From a virus, in the IMG/VR virus record IMGVR_UViG_3300045988_126562: a stretch of DNA of 64,000 nucleotides; one strand, 5' to 3'. Position numbers and translations under genes: made by a program. Each line of letters begins with the position of its first letter. Positions within the stretch are counted from its first letter, which is position 1. The notes under the pieces are model-generated. The model saw only the letters and a list, made by a program, of their open reading frames with translations, did not search any database and was not told the origin of the DNA. Of the stretch, positions 29,768-38,658 are shown in pieces.

Positions 29768-30102
29768 TTGTCTAATATATTATTTATTTGAGTTATCATT
29801 TCCTTAGCGGACTTGCATCCACAGGTATTAAATGTTTTTACACCATACATGAAGTCTTCACATACTATAGATAATCCTCTAACATACTCCTGTGGAAAGT
29901 GTCTTCCCTCAGTCACTTTCATTATTACTTGATAACAAGTGGCATCTGGATTTTTTTGTCTAGCTTGATAAGTCAAAAATCCTACTAAGGAAATAAGACC
30001 AAATTTGTTATTTATATCTCCAGCTATACCTCCCAAACTAAAGTACTTAGAATATATTCCCTTTAGTTCCTCATAATTCGGGTTGTTCAATATCGTATCC
30101 AT
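29752..30102 (-). CDS. Hypothetical protein
   Basis: 116-aa ORF in a co-oriented array. Confidence 0.4.
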   Translation of the reverse strand: MDTILNNPNYEELKGIYSKYFSLGGIAGDINNKFGLISLVGFLTYQARQKNPDATCYQVIMKVTEGRHFPQEYVRGLSIVCEDFMYGVKTFNTCGCKSAKEMITQINNILDNWLPF

Positions 30103-31111
30103 ATTGTTCGTGATATGCTACTCTTTTAAGTAATTCAGAAAATTCATTCATGCCTCTCTTTATATGAGTATCTAGTACCTTAAATACTCCAGAATTATAA
30201 GGAGGTATTGTAGATACTAATAACATATTAGATTTCATACTCAATTTTTGATCTTGACCAAGTAACAAGAATAGTAGCCAACTATACATAGCCATCTGTC
30301 TATAATAGTGGTACTTATAAAAACTATTTTGAAACTCAGAGATTTCGTGCCCAGTAGTTTTTAAATCATTAATGACCAATTCCCCTATTGATTCATCCCA
30401 AGTATAATTATCTATCTTGGCTTTCAAAGATAATATTCTTTCTTCTTTACTTGGGTAAATGGCCTTTACATCTAAGAGAATACATATCTCATTCTTTGAT
30501 TCTGGTTCTGACAATAAACTATCAGGATTTAATAGTTTTTGTATTTCCTGATTATTTTTTACTGATTTTAAGCATTCTCTTAGCTTAAATCTAGATTTCT
30601 CATCTAAATAAATAGGCTCTTTTAACTCATTAAAACTACTTCCATTTTCATAGGCTCTCCTTTGAGAATGATAATCTTTACATTTCAACCTCAAAGCATC
30701 AGCCTTTTTATCATCCATTTTCCCCTTATAGTAGTCTATTTTGTCTGACGCTTTAATTATATCATCAAAAGTTATATCCCCATTTTTAATAAATATAGGA
30801 TATAATTCGTCTGCCATAAACCCAGCTTTAGCTGTAGGTCTATTTACATTTTCTATAAGAGTAAAATCATCTGGCTGCAATATTAGTTGATGAACAGCAC
30901 TTCCAAACACCATAGAATCCATGTACTTAGGATGAGCACTCAATCCCTCATAGTATAATTGAGGACTACCTCCTTGTTCGGGATTTATAAGAGATAGACT
31001 TGAATTACTTATGTATTTTTTGTATTCTTGGCTAAAATACTCCTGATCAGATATATCTAATGCTTTTATAGATTCTAATATAGGAATTATTTTTATATCA
31101 CTCAATTTCAT
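30071..31111 (-). CDS. PD-(D/E)XK (RecB/Cas4-type) exonuclease
   Basis: Motifs D...VINDLKT (D-(D/E)xK) and a downstream YYRQMAMY (QxxxY). Confidence 0.6.
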   Translation of the reverse strand: MKLSDIKIIPILESIKALDISDQEYFSQEYKKYISNSSLSLINPEQGGSPQLYYEGLSAHPKYMDSMVFGSAVHQLILQPDDFTLIENVNRPTAKAGFMADELYPIFIKNGDITFDDIIKASDKIDYYKGKMDDKKADALRLKCKDYHSQRRAYENGSSFNELKEPIYLDEKSRFKLRECLKSVKNNQEIQKLLNPDSLLSEPESKNEICILLDVKAIYPSKEERILSLKAKIDNYTWDESIGELVINDLKTTGHEISEFQNSFYKYHYYRQMAMYSWLLFLLLGQDQKLSMKSNMLLVSTIPPYNSGVFKVLDTHIKRGMNEFSELLKRVAYHEQYGYDIEQPEL

Positions 31112-31319
31112 GTATAAGAAAACTTAGTTCATATTCTACACAAGTATCTAAGTTTTCATATATCTTTATAATCCCATTTGAATAATCCATAAGTATAGAG
31201 CTTACCTTATCTCCTTTTTTATACTTTCCAACATCAGTATTAAAAGTACAATTATAAAACTCTACCACTAGAAAATCCATTTCATCCCAATCTTTCCAAT
31301 CAAAAAGTTGTTTTTCCAT
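31098..31319 (-). CDS. Hypothetical protein
   Basis: 73-aa ORF in a co-oriented array. Confidence 0.35.
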   Translation of the reverse strand: MEKQLFDWKDWDEMDFLVVEFYNCTFNTDVGKYKKGDKVSSILMDYSNGIIKIYENLDTCVEYELSFLIHEIE

Positions 31320-31815
31320 TCAATATTCTATATGCTTCAACAATTTCATCTATGTCCAAACTATATATTCTGTATTCTGGGCCAGCATATTGATTATGAG
31401 GTCTATCAATTAATAAAGCTGGAACTCCAGATTGAATACATTTATAAACATTAGATACAGAATCGTCGATTAGTACATCACATCTTCCTTTAATCAAATC
31501 AGCCTTATTCCCGTGTTGGTATATCATTTGATATATAGGTCTATCTGGAAAACCATTGTCAATCAACCATTTTCTGCTCCAAGATTTAGGATTTATTCTC
31601 TTAGTGCAGTACATTTCTGGAATAAAGTTAATCCAGTCTATTTTAGGAAGACTTAACCAGAAATCTCTATCTCTTCTTAATTTATAAACATTTCTAGTTA
31701 TTATATATCCTTCCATTACCTTAGGGTTTTTATCGGCATTAAATTTTTCTTTATATGCCTGATAAAAACCTCCTAATGTGTCGTCAATGTCTAACGCAAT
31801 TCTTAATCTATTCAT
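31300..31815 (-). CDS. 5'(3')-deoxyribonucleotidase-like HAD phosphatase
   Basis: N-terminal RIALDIDDTLGG (DxDxT-like) and a later LIDDS motif; 171 aa. Confidence 0.55.
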   Translation of the reverse strand: MNRLRIALDIDDTLGGFYQAYKEKFNADKNPKVMEGYIITRNVYKLRRDRDFWLSLPKIDWINFIPEMYCTKRINPKSWSRKWLIDNGFPDRPIYQMIYQHGNKADLIKGRCDVLIDDSVSNVYKCIQSGVPALLIDRPHNQYAGPEYRIYSLDIDEIVEAYRILNGKTTF

Positions 31816-31824
31816 CTTATTTGT

Positions 31825-32034
31825 TTAAAATTCAGATATTTCGTAAAAATTTCCTATTGCATATCCTGCTTCTTCCATAATGGCTACAAAGTCTTCCCAG
31901 TCTGCTGGAACATCCTCATCACTTGGAAGATATAGATCAATAAATCGATCCTCAGCAGATGCTAAACTTCTGGCTGTAATTTTTTCTATAAAAACAGAGC
32001 TTCCATCGAAAACAGGTATCAAATAAGTATTCAT
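31825..32034 (-). CDS. Hypothetical acidic protein
   Basis: 69-aa ORF with an ATGA overlap. Confidence 0.35.
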   Translation of the reverse strand: MNTYLIPVFDGSSVFIEKITARSLASAEDRFIDLYLPSDEDVPADWEDFVAIMEEAGYAIGNFYEISEF

Positions 32035-32831
32035 TGTTGTTTGATGAAATTATCGAAATCATTAATAACCTTAATCATCTCTTTTGGTAATATTTCCAGA
32101 GCGTAGTCTTTCATATCTTCATTCATTTCTTTCCAATAAGCATATGCTATGCTTCCAGATATTGCTCCTATTGTATCTGCATCCCCACCTAAATATATAG
32201 CATTTCTAATACAACTCTCATAGCTGGTAGATTCTAGAAAACATCTAATAGCCTGGGGCACAGACCCTTCACAACTAGAGTCAAAGGTATATCCTTTTCT
32301 TACTTTTTCAATAGGTGCATCAAAATCATAGTTTGGGTAATATTCAGAAGCAATATCAGTTAATTCTTTCTTTGTGTAACCTTCACGAGCAGACCATATC
32401 AAATCAGCTACACAATTAGCTCCTATAATTCCTTTCTTATGATTATGTGTTATTTCTGCTTGTTTGGTAGAAAAATAAAGAACATCCTCATATTCATACA
32501 AATATCCGCATGGACTAACCCTCATTGCCGAGCCATTACCATAACTACCATAAGGTTCTTTCTTGTCAGAAACTATCCATTTTTTAAATAATTTGCCGTA
32601 TCCAGCATATGGATACTTACTACACCACTTTGATACAAAAGTTGTAAAATCAGGATTCTTTGGATTATGAATAATAGCTTCAGCTACACCTATTGTACAT
32701 ACTGTATCATCAGTGAATTTCCCCTTATTTTCGAATAGGTCAAAACATGGACTATTTTGTCTAGATTTTTTAAATTCATAGGGCTGACCAAATATATCTC
32801 CTACTATTGCTCCTAATAATAAGTTATTCAT
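32031..32831 (-). CDS. ADP-ribosylglycohydrolase (ARH/DraG family)
   Basis: Motifs GAIVGDIFGQPYEF, FTDDT and GGDADTIGAISG. Confidence 0.8.
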   Translation of the reverse strand: MNNLLLGAIVGDIFGQPYEFKKSRQNSPCFDLFENKGKFTDDTVCTIGVAEAIIHNPKNPDFTTFVSKWCSKYPYAGYGKLFKKWIVSDKKEPYGSYGNGSAMRVSPCGYLYEYEDVLYFSTKQAEITHNHKKGIIGANCVADLIWSAREGYTKKELTDIASEYYPNYDFDAPIEKVRKGYTFDSSCEGSVPQAIRCFLESTSYESCIRNAIYLGGDADTIGAISGSIAYAYWKEMNEDMKDYALEILPKEMIKVINDFDNFIKQQ

Positions 32832-33106
32832 GATTGAGTTTTTGCATATTTTAAATAAGACCCTGGAAACCTATACTGTAGTTTATTATAAAATACTATT
32901 AAGTCATTTGTATTAGAATCACTACATAATGATGCTCCATTAGTAGCCGTTTCTAGCTTATAGGAATCAGAGTCCAAATCGTACAATATTACTCCTATAA
33001 AATCTCCATTTTTACTAAATACTAGAAATAAACCTTGATCTGCATTTCCATCACATAAATCTACCGTTTCATGAGAATCAGGTAGAACTACATCTAACAT
33101 TTTCAT
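32828..33106 (-). CDS. Hypothetical protein
   Basis: 92-aa ORF, overlap-coupled between the radical-SAM and ARH genes. Confidence 0.35.
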   Translation of the reverse strand: MKMLDVVLPDSHETVDLCDGNADQGLFLVFSKNGDFIGVILYDLDSDSYKLETATNGASLCSDSNTNDLIVFYNKLQYRFPGSYLKYAKTQS

Positions 33107-34053
33107 AAGTTGATTTCTTTGATTGGTTTTAGGTTAAATGAGCTGGGAGTTATTTTTACACAATCCTTAGTTAGAATAATATTCTTACTAAGAGATTCTG
33201 CTGGATACATCCAGGTTTTAATTTTATTACTCTTTTCTAGTTGATTAATAAAATGAGCACCAAAGGACACATTTTTATATTTCCAAGGATCTTTATACAG
33301 AACATCTTCTAGATACTCCCATGTTCCTTCTTGTAATCCTTCTTTACTTCTACCAGATGGCATCAGTGGTAATAACACATGATAATAAATATTTTTACCA
33401 TATTCTTCTACCACTTTTAAAAACTCATCCACTGACTTATTATCTGATATAATGTGGTGTATGTTCACTTTTACATCAGATAAAGACAATAAATTGTTTA
33501 CGGCTTTTGTAGCTCTTTCCCTTAAAACCGGGTTACTAAAGCTAACAGCTACTCCACCACAATATTTAGATGTATACTCCAATATATTTCTAGCCAAAGA
33601 AGTAGACTCATCCGATAATACAATTCCGTTAGTAGTATAATTAGGGACTACTCCGCTATCATATACTGTTTTTAGAAACTCACAAAATTGAGGATGAATA
33701 GTAGGTTCTCCAGTAGAACCAATTGCTATTTGAAAAGGTTTCTCTGTAACAATAACATTAGTACTTTCTACCTGTTTATCTTCAGGGAATGTAGCCATCC
33801 ATTTTTTCCATGTTTCACAAATGTCTTGAAAATCAGTTCCTTTATTTGTAGCACTCACATAGCAGAATGGACATTCAGCATTACACCTAGTGTTAATACC
33901 TACGTCATAAAACTCACTTCTGTCAGGTTCCAATTCACTAGCTACCCCTTTACCTAATCTTACTGTTTTAAGATTATGCCAAATAGCATGATAATTCTTG
34001 TTAGGAAATTTTCTTACTTTAATCTTACTAAATAAATCTTCGTGCTTGTTCAT
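33103..34053 (-). CDS. Radical SAM enzyme, subfamily unassigned
   Basis: CxxxCxxC as CNAECPFCY, a GSTGEPTIHP (GGEP-like) motif and NYTTNG. No C-terminal Cys cluster, so no SPASM/twitch domain. Confidence 0.8.
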   Translation of the reverse strand: MNKHEDLFSKIKVRKFPNKNYHAIWHNLKTVRLGKGVASELEPDRSEFYDVGINTRCNAECPFCYVSATNKGTDFQDICETWKKWMATFPEDKQVESTNVIVTEKPFQIAIGSTGEPTIHPQFCEFLKTVYDSGVVPNYTTNGIVLSDESTSLARNILEYTSKYCGGVAVSFSNPVLRERATKAVNNLLSLSDVKVNIHHIISDNKSVDEFLKVVEEYGKNIYYHVLLPLMPSGRSKEGLQEGTWEYLEDVLYKDPWKYKNVSFGAHFINQLEKSNKIKTWMYPAESLSKNIILTKDCVKITPSSFNLKPIKEINL

Positions 34054-34057
34054 ATTT

Positions 34058-34426
34058 TTATAAAAAATCTATTGTATAATTTCCTGGTATATTATGAGTT
34101 TTAAGAACAGCTTCTAATCCTGCTCTATAAAAGGTGTCACAGTCTTCATATCCAGAACCATATGGCATTGTTATATCAATCCATGCTTCTGGAAGATTAT
34201 TCCACTCTTCCTCACTATACCATATTTTATCCTCATCCTCCTTCTTTCTATAATCAACTACTGGGTGTATTTCTGAATCACCATCTGTAGGTAAAATCCC
34301 ACTCAGTATTTCATAGATAAATTCGCAGACGTCCTTTTCAGCGCTAATAGTGCAAAATACTTCACTACTACTGTTTGTTATTATGTCTCCGAATGATTGT
34401 ATATTAATGCCGATATTCTGATGCAT
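34058..34426 (-). CDS. TNSSSE-signature family paralogue A
   Basis: Start moved to MHQNIGINIQSFGDIITNSSSEVF (Met20 of the track ORF). Shares the N-terminal signature with five upstream genes. Confidence 0.6.
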   Translation of the reverse strand: MHQNIGINIQSFGDIITNSSSEVFCTISAEKDVCEFIYEILSGILPTDGDSEIHPVVDYRKKEDEDKIWYSEEEWNNLPEAWIDITMPYGSGYEDCDTFYRAGLEAVLKTHNIPGNYTIDFL

Positions 34427-34775
34427 AGCATTCACTCCTTGCATTGTCATAGACTTCTTCACATGTAGGAAAATGATCCTCAATCTTTACTATGTATAAA
34501 CCCTTTAAAGTATTAAATTCTTCAGAGTTATTATCTACGATTTCATCCCAATCATCAGTTCTCCAATTATATTTTATAGATAAGTAATTGCAGAACAACT
34601 CATCATATTCACTATGACTTTTTATCCAATCTAAATCTCCTATTGCACAAATATCTATGCACTCATCACTTATATTTCTATAATTGTCCACATAATATGG
34701 ATGCATTAGAAATACTTCCGAACTAGAGTTAGTTATCAAGTCACTGAATGATTGTATAGCACTTATAAATTTCAT
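34404..34775 (-). CDS. TNSSSE-signature family paralogue B
   Basis: N-terminus MKFISAIQSFSDLITNSSSEVF. Confidence 0.6.
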   Translation of the reverse strand: MKFISAIQSFSDLITNSSSEVFLMHPYYVDNYRNISDECIDICAIGDLDWIKSHSEYDELFCNYLSIKYNWRTDDWDEIVDNNSEEFNTLKGLYIVKIEDHFPTCEEVYDNARSECYASEYRH

Positions 34776-35302
34776 TGTTCTATTTTATTACCGTCATCAT
34801 CTACTATATAATCGTCTTCATTCCAGCTCAATAGCTTTACTACTCTCCCCTCTTTGTTTCTCGCTACTGGGCACTCGCAATCTACTACAAACAAATTTTC
34901 CAAAATCCAGTCTATAGTATGTGTAAACCCATGATCAATATCCACACTTATTTCCTTTTCTAGTTCTTCTAAAGGCTTCTTATTACCTATAGCATGTACT
35001 TCCTTAGTATATAAGTGTTTTTTGTTTTCGGGTATATAAGACAAATATTCTTGATAGTAATCATCAAAGGTTTTAACTTCTAATATACCTCCCATCCCTG
35101 AACTAATGTCATATTTTTCTTTTTCTTCATCTGACATTTCTACCCAATTTTCCCAACTTCCATTATACTTAAATTGGGAATGCACCTTCTCTATCAAGGA
35201 CTGTAATTCTTTTTTAGGCATATCAGTCCTAATACTGAATATTTCTGAACTGGAATTAGTTATTACATCTGAAATTGATTGGACTTTTATACTTAGTTGC
35301 AT
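34772..35302 (-). CDS. TNSSSE-signature family paralogue C
   Basis: N-terminus MQLSIKVQSISDVITNSSSEIFSIRTD. Confidence 0.6.
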   Translation of the reverse strand: MQLSIKVQSISDVITNSSSEIFSIRTDMPKKELQSLIEKVHSQFKYNGSWENWVEMSDEEKEKYDISSGMGGILEVKTFDDYYQEYLSYIPENKKHLYTKEVHAIGNKKPLEELEKEISVDIDHGFTHTIDWILENLFVVDCECPVARNKEGRVVKLLSWNEDDYIVDDDGNKIEQ

Positions 35303-35574
35303 ATCTCTAGTACTTTTAATTGTTTATTTATAAGAGGAAGTTCTTCCTTATCTATAGATACCCAAATAGACCTTTTCAAATCTGACAGAAGAGAATCATA
35401 AGATAAGGAAAAAATTTCTTCAGTGGCTAAGTTCCTCTTACTCTTTTTTACTGAATTTTTATACTTGGAAAACATTTCTCCAAATGTATATGTTATTGGG
35501 GAATATCCTAATAACTCCTTTAGAAGATTTAGAACATTATCACTATACTCAACAATAGCTAGCATCGTAATCAA
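35293..35574 (-). CDS. Hypothetical protein lacking the family signature
   Basis: 93-aa ORF interposed between paralogues D and C. Confidence 0.35.
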   Translation of the reverse strand: MITMLAIVEYSDNVLNLLKELLGYSPITYTFGEMFSKYKNSVKKSKRNLATEEIFSLSYDSLLSDLKRSIWVSIDKEELPLINKQLKVLEICN

Positions 35575-36073
35575 ATAAGCCGTTGATCTTATTCAGGATA
35601 GCTGCATTATGTATGTTACTTGGATCCTTTGATTTAATAACATAGGAAGAATCATAATACCACTCTGGATCTGATTCATTATGTGATTTAGCAAATTCAT
35701 CCAAGCTTAAACTACCACAATTATTTACCATATAGTGGTATATTTTCTCTTCTACATCGGACGCATCACTCCAGAGTCTTTTAGAAACTTTATCATCATA
35801 ATTTTTTAATAATTCCTCAAGATCTGGATGTTTACCAGGATTTTCTTCTATTTCCTCTTTAGCTTCATCAACATACCATCCATCTGTATCTCCAACTTCC
35901 AAATTATATTCCACTTTTATAGTGAATAGATCGTCGCAGGTTAAATCAGATCCAGCAGATTTTAAAACAGCATTTATAATCTCTTTTACAGCTTCTGGGC
36001 TAGTAGCCCAAGTAAAGACGGATGTAGAGCTATTTGTAATTAAGTCTACGTATGATTGTATAATGTATTTCAT
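35549..36073 (-). CDS. TNSSSE-signature family paralogue D (variant TNSSTS)
   Basis: N-terminus MKYIIQSYVDLITNSSTSVF. Confidence 0.6.
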   Translation of the reverse strand: MKYIIQSYVDLITNSSTSVFTWATSPEAVKEIINAVLKSAGSDLTCDDLFTIKVEYNLEVGDTDGWYVDEAKEEIEENPGKHPDLEELLKNYDDKVSKRLWSDASDVEEKIYHYMVNNCGSLSLDEFAKSHNESDPEWYYDSSYVIKSKDPSNIHNAAILNKINGLFDYDASYC

Positions 36074-36086
36074 TTTACTTGTGTAT

Positions 36087-36749
36087 TTATCCCAGATGTA
36101 TATGGAATCCGTTTAGTAGTTCTGTGATTATATCAAAGGTATCATAAGGAATAGAATTGTCTTCTGTACTTATTATAAGAATTTTTCCATCTAAGTATTG
36201 TAAAGTTTCTTCTTCCTTTGGATTCCACCATGACGGTAATGGTTTTCCGGATTTTTCATATTCCTGAAAAAAGATTTTGCATTTTTCTAAAGCTCCTGGA
36301 ATTTCCATCACATCATAATAATCACACCCTCTTTTTCCTTCCATTTTATATCCTAATCCCTCTAAAAAATCGAAATATTCTATAAGAAACATATAGGTAT
36401 TTTTATAGTATTTTCCATCAAGATTAGATGCACTCTCCATTCTATACCTCGCTAAAGCGTATTCGTCTTCTAAATCTATAAACCATCCTTCTACTGTGCC
36501 ATAGTAACTTCCATATCCCCAATTTCCTTTATACATTAAAGTGTATGGGTCTGCTGGTCTATTATAAAAAGCCTTTCTGTAGTCATTCAAAGAAAATCTC
36601 ATAGGTTCTTCAAACCCAGTGGTTATTTCTTTAAGAACATTAAATACTTGCTCTTCAGTTAATTTCGTATCAGTTACGAATAATTCTGAAGAAGAATTGG
36701 TCACTACGTCACTAAAGGATTGTACAGGTATAATTAGCAAATTAACCAT
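36087..36749 (-). CDS. TNSSSE-signature family paralogue E
   Basis: N-terminus MVNLLIIPVQSFSDVVTNSSSELF; 220 aa. Confidence 0.6.
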   Translation of the reverse strand: MVNLLIIPVQSFSDVVTNSSSELFVTDTKLTEEQVFNVLKEITTGFEEPMRFSLNDYRKAFYNRPADPYTLMYKGNWGYGSYYGTVEGWFIDLEDEYALARYRMESASNLDGKYYKNTYMFLIEYFDFLEGLGYKMEGKRGCDYYDVMEIPGALEKCKIFFQEYEKSGKPLPSWWNPKEEETLQYLDGKILIISTEDNSIPYDTFDIITELLNGFHIHLG

Positions 36750-37047
36750 AATATTCAGATGTTATATTTTGTGAGCCAAATATTAATTTAAGTATACTAG
36801 ATATGTCTTCTCCTACATTGCACATAACTGGATAACTTAATATCAATTCTCCAGGAGACTCTTCATAAATATCTCCAAGAATAGTATCATCGTCATCCTC
36901 TATATTATATCCCCATTTTTTAAGTATTTTATTCCATACTTCTCTGAAGGTTTCTGGAGATACGTCTGTGCGTATAGAAAATATTTCGGAACTAGAATTA
37001 GTTATTATATCTGAGACACTTTGTATATTTACTTTAAATCTTGTCAT
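36742..37047 (-). CDS. TNSSSE-signature family paralogue F
   Basis: N-terminus MTRFKVNIQSVSDIITNSSSEIFSIRTD; 101 aa. Confidence 0.6.
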   Translation of the reverse strand: MTRFKVNIQSVSDIITNSSSEIFSIRTDVSPETFREVWNKILKKWGYNIEDDDDTILGDIYEESPGELILSYPVMCNVGEDISSILKLIFGSQNITSEYYG

Positions 37048-37065
37048 AAATACAAAAAGCTGCCC

Positions 37066-37641
37066 TTATTGGGCAGCTTTAATTAATTGGTAAAAATATT
37101 CTTTAGGAAGGATTACTACTTCCCCCTCACTAGACATATTAACCTGTCCTTCTTTTACATTCTGTTTATTCCAGAATATAACGAGAGGTTTATCTTTTAA
37201 TGGACAAGCCTCTGCTATAGCATGATAAGAAGGAGTAGGTTTAGTACATTTTATTTGAGCATAAAAGGGAAGTCTGCCAGATGGATCTATTAAATCCACC
37301 TTCATGTTATCCATTTTCTTACTTTCTCCAGCCGAAGTTACTAGTTCTGGATATCCCAGTTCTTTTAATTCATTTCTTATTTTATACTCATATGCTCTTC
37401 CCTTATTTTTAGCATATTTTCCTCCTCTTCTTTTGGTTTTTGCTTTTTCCTCATCACATTTAATACATCCGCTTCTTACTAAATGCGATTTTGCTTTTTG
37501 GGTAACTTCCCCATGTATAGGGCAAATAAACGTAAATGGTTCATCTAATCCTTTGTATTCAGAAGAGGAATAGTCATATTTGTCTCCATGTTTTGGTTTA
37601 CATTTTTTCTCGATAAATTCTTCAGTCGTGTATTTAGCCAT
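37066..37641 (-). CDS. Putative endonuclease (N-terminal zinc ribbon plus PD-(D/E)XK-like core)
   Basis: CPIHGEV...CIKCDE Cys/His pairs, then E...VDLID...YAQIKCTK (D...QxK). The 5' end overlaps the primase 3' end by ~97 nt, so the start is uncertain. Confidence 0.45.
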   Translation of the reverse strand: MAKYTTEEFIEKKCKPKHGDKYDYSSSEYKGLDEPFTFICPIHGEVTQKAKSHLVRSGCIKCDEEKAKTKRRGGKYAKNKGRAYEYKIRNELKELGYPELVTSAGESKKMDNMKVDLIDPSGRLPFYAQIKCTKPTPSYHAIAEACPLKDKPLVIFWNKQNVKEGQVNMSSEGEVVILPKEYFYQLIKAAQ

Positions 37642-38621
37642 TGTATTCCGTCATTAATTAACTCGATCGTCTTATCTCTTCCATATTTTTTATAAAAATC
37701 TGAAATATCCTTTGCACCATAATGTTTAGGAATAAAAAGACAGTGACATCCGAATTTCTTCTTAATTTTGAACATGTTACTTATACCAGCTGAATCATTA
37801 TCATAAAAGACTACTATGACTTTAAATTTTCTCTTTAGTACTTCATACTGTTCTTCAGTTAAAAATAAGTTTTCAGAATTTGGAGCTATAGCTGTTATGC
37901 CTAATCCATATAAGCACATAACATCCTTCATGCTTTTAGTAATAACGCATAGATCCCCCGATTCAGGTAATTGTTTACTTCCTTGAATTAATTTAGATGG
38001 CCAATTAGATAAGAACCTAAATCTGGTTCTAAAAGGAAAATACATCCTCCATAATTCCATATTATTTTTGGATCCATAGTAATATCCAAAAATAAAATTA
38101 TTAGGAGATGAAGATGTAAAATAACCTCCATTTAGAAAAACTGATTTGCAAGAATATACATTAAATTTGCTCAGGGTAGATTCCTCTACTCCGTAAGATT
38201 TCCACCATTCCAATTCTTTTTTTGTAAATGGCTGTATTTGAGCTTGTAGAATACAAGATTCTGTTTCTTTAAGTATGTTTCCACTGTACTCTATAAGTTT
38301 TTCATGTTTTTTTAAATCCTTTCTATGTATAATTCCAAAATCATTAGCTATAATTTGTAAAGCTTTATGAAATGAACATCCATATTTATACATTACTAAA
38401 TTAAAACAATTTCCATAAAAATCGCCTCTAAAATCTTTAAAGATTAAGTCTCCACGCTTATTTTTAAAAAAAGCACATGTGGGATTTTCATCCTTCCTTA
38501 AAGGAGAACAAAACAACCCTTTGCCAACATGGACACCTAAATAGTGTTCCATAATGGCTTCTTGGGATAGTCTCTGTAATATTAATTCCTTAGTTATTGT
38601 TGGTTCAATTTGTATTTCCAT
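37545..38621 (-). CDS. DnaG-like DNA primase (zinc finger plus Toprim)
   Basis: CSPLRKDENPTCAF (CHC2-like) and the Toprim motif VVFYDNDSAG. Confidence 0.7.
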   Translation of the reverse strand: MEIQIEPTITKELILQRLSQEAIMEHYLGVHVGKGLFCSPLRKDENPTCAFFKNKRGDLIFKDFRGDFYGNCFNLVMYKYGCSFHKALQIIANDFGIIHRKDLKKHEKLIEYSGNILKETESCILQAQIQPFTKKELEWWKSYGVEESTLSKFNVYSCKSVFLNGGYFTSSSPNNFIFGYYYGSKNNMELWRMYFPFRTRFRFLSNWPSKLIQGSKQLPESGDLCVITKSMKDVMCLYGLGITAIAPNSENLFLTEEQYEVLKRKFKVIVVFYDNDSAGISNMFKIKKKFGCHCLFIPKHYGAKDISDFYKKYGRDKTIELINDGIQWLNTRLKNLSRKNVNQNMETNMTIPLLNTKD

Positions 38622-38658
38622 ATACTATCAATTAAACCACAAAGTTACTAAGAAATTT

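Noticed and set aside
33103-34053. Assigning the orphan radical-SAM enzyme to viperin-like, QueE, MoaA, anSME or SPASM-RiPP maturase subfamilies
   Set aside because: The cluster motif context (NTRCNAECPFCY) does not match the viperin CNYKCGFC or MoaA CNLRCxYC contexts. There is no auxiliary C-terminal Cys cluster, and no queCDF-type neighbours. Left unassigned rather than guessed.
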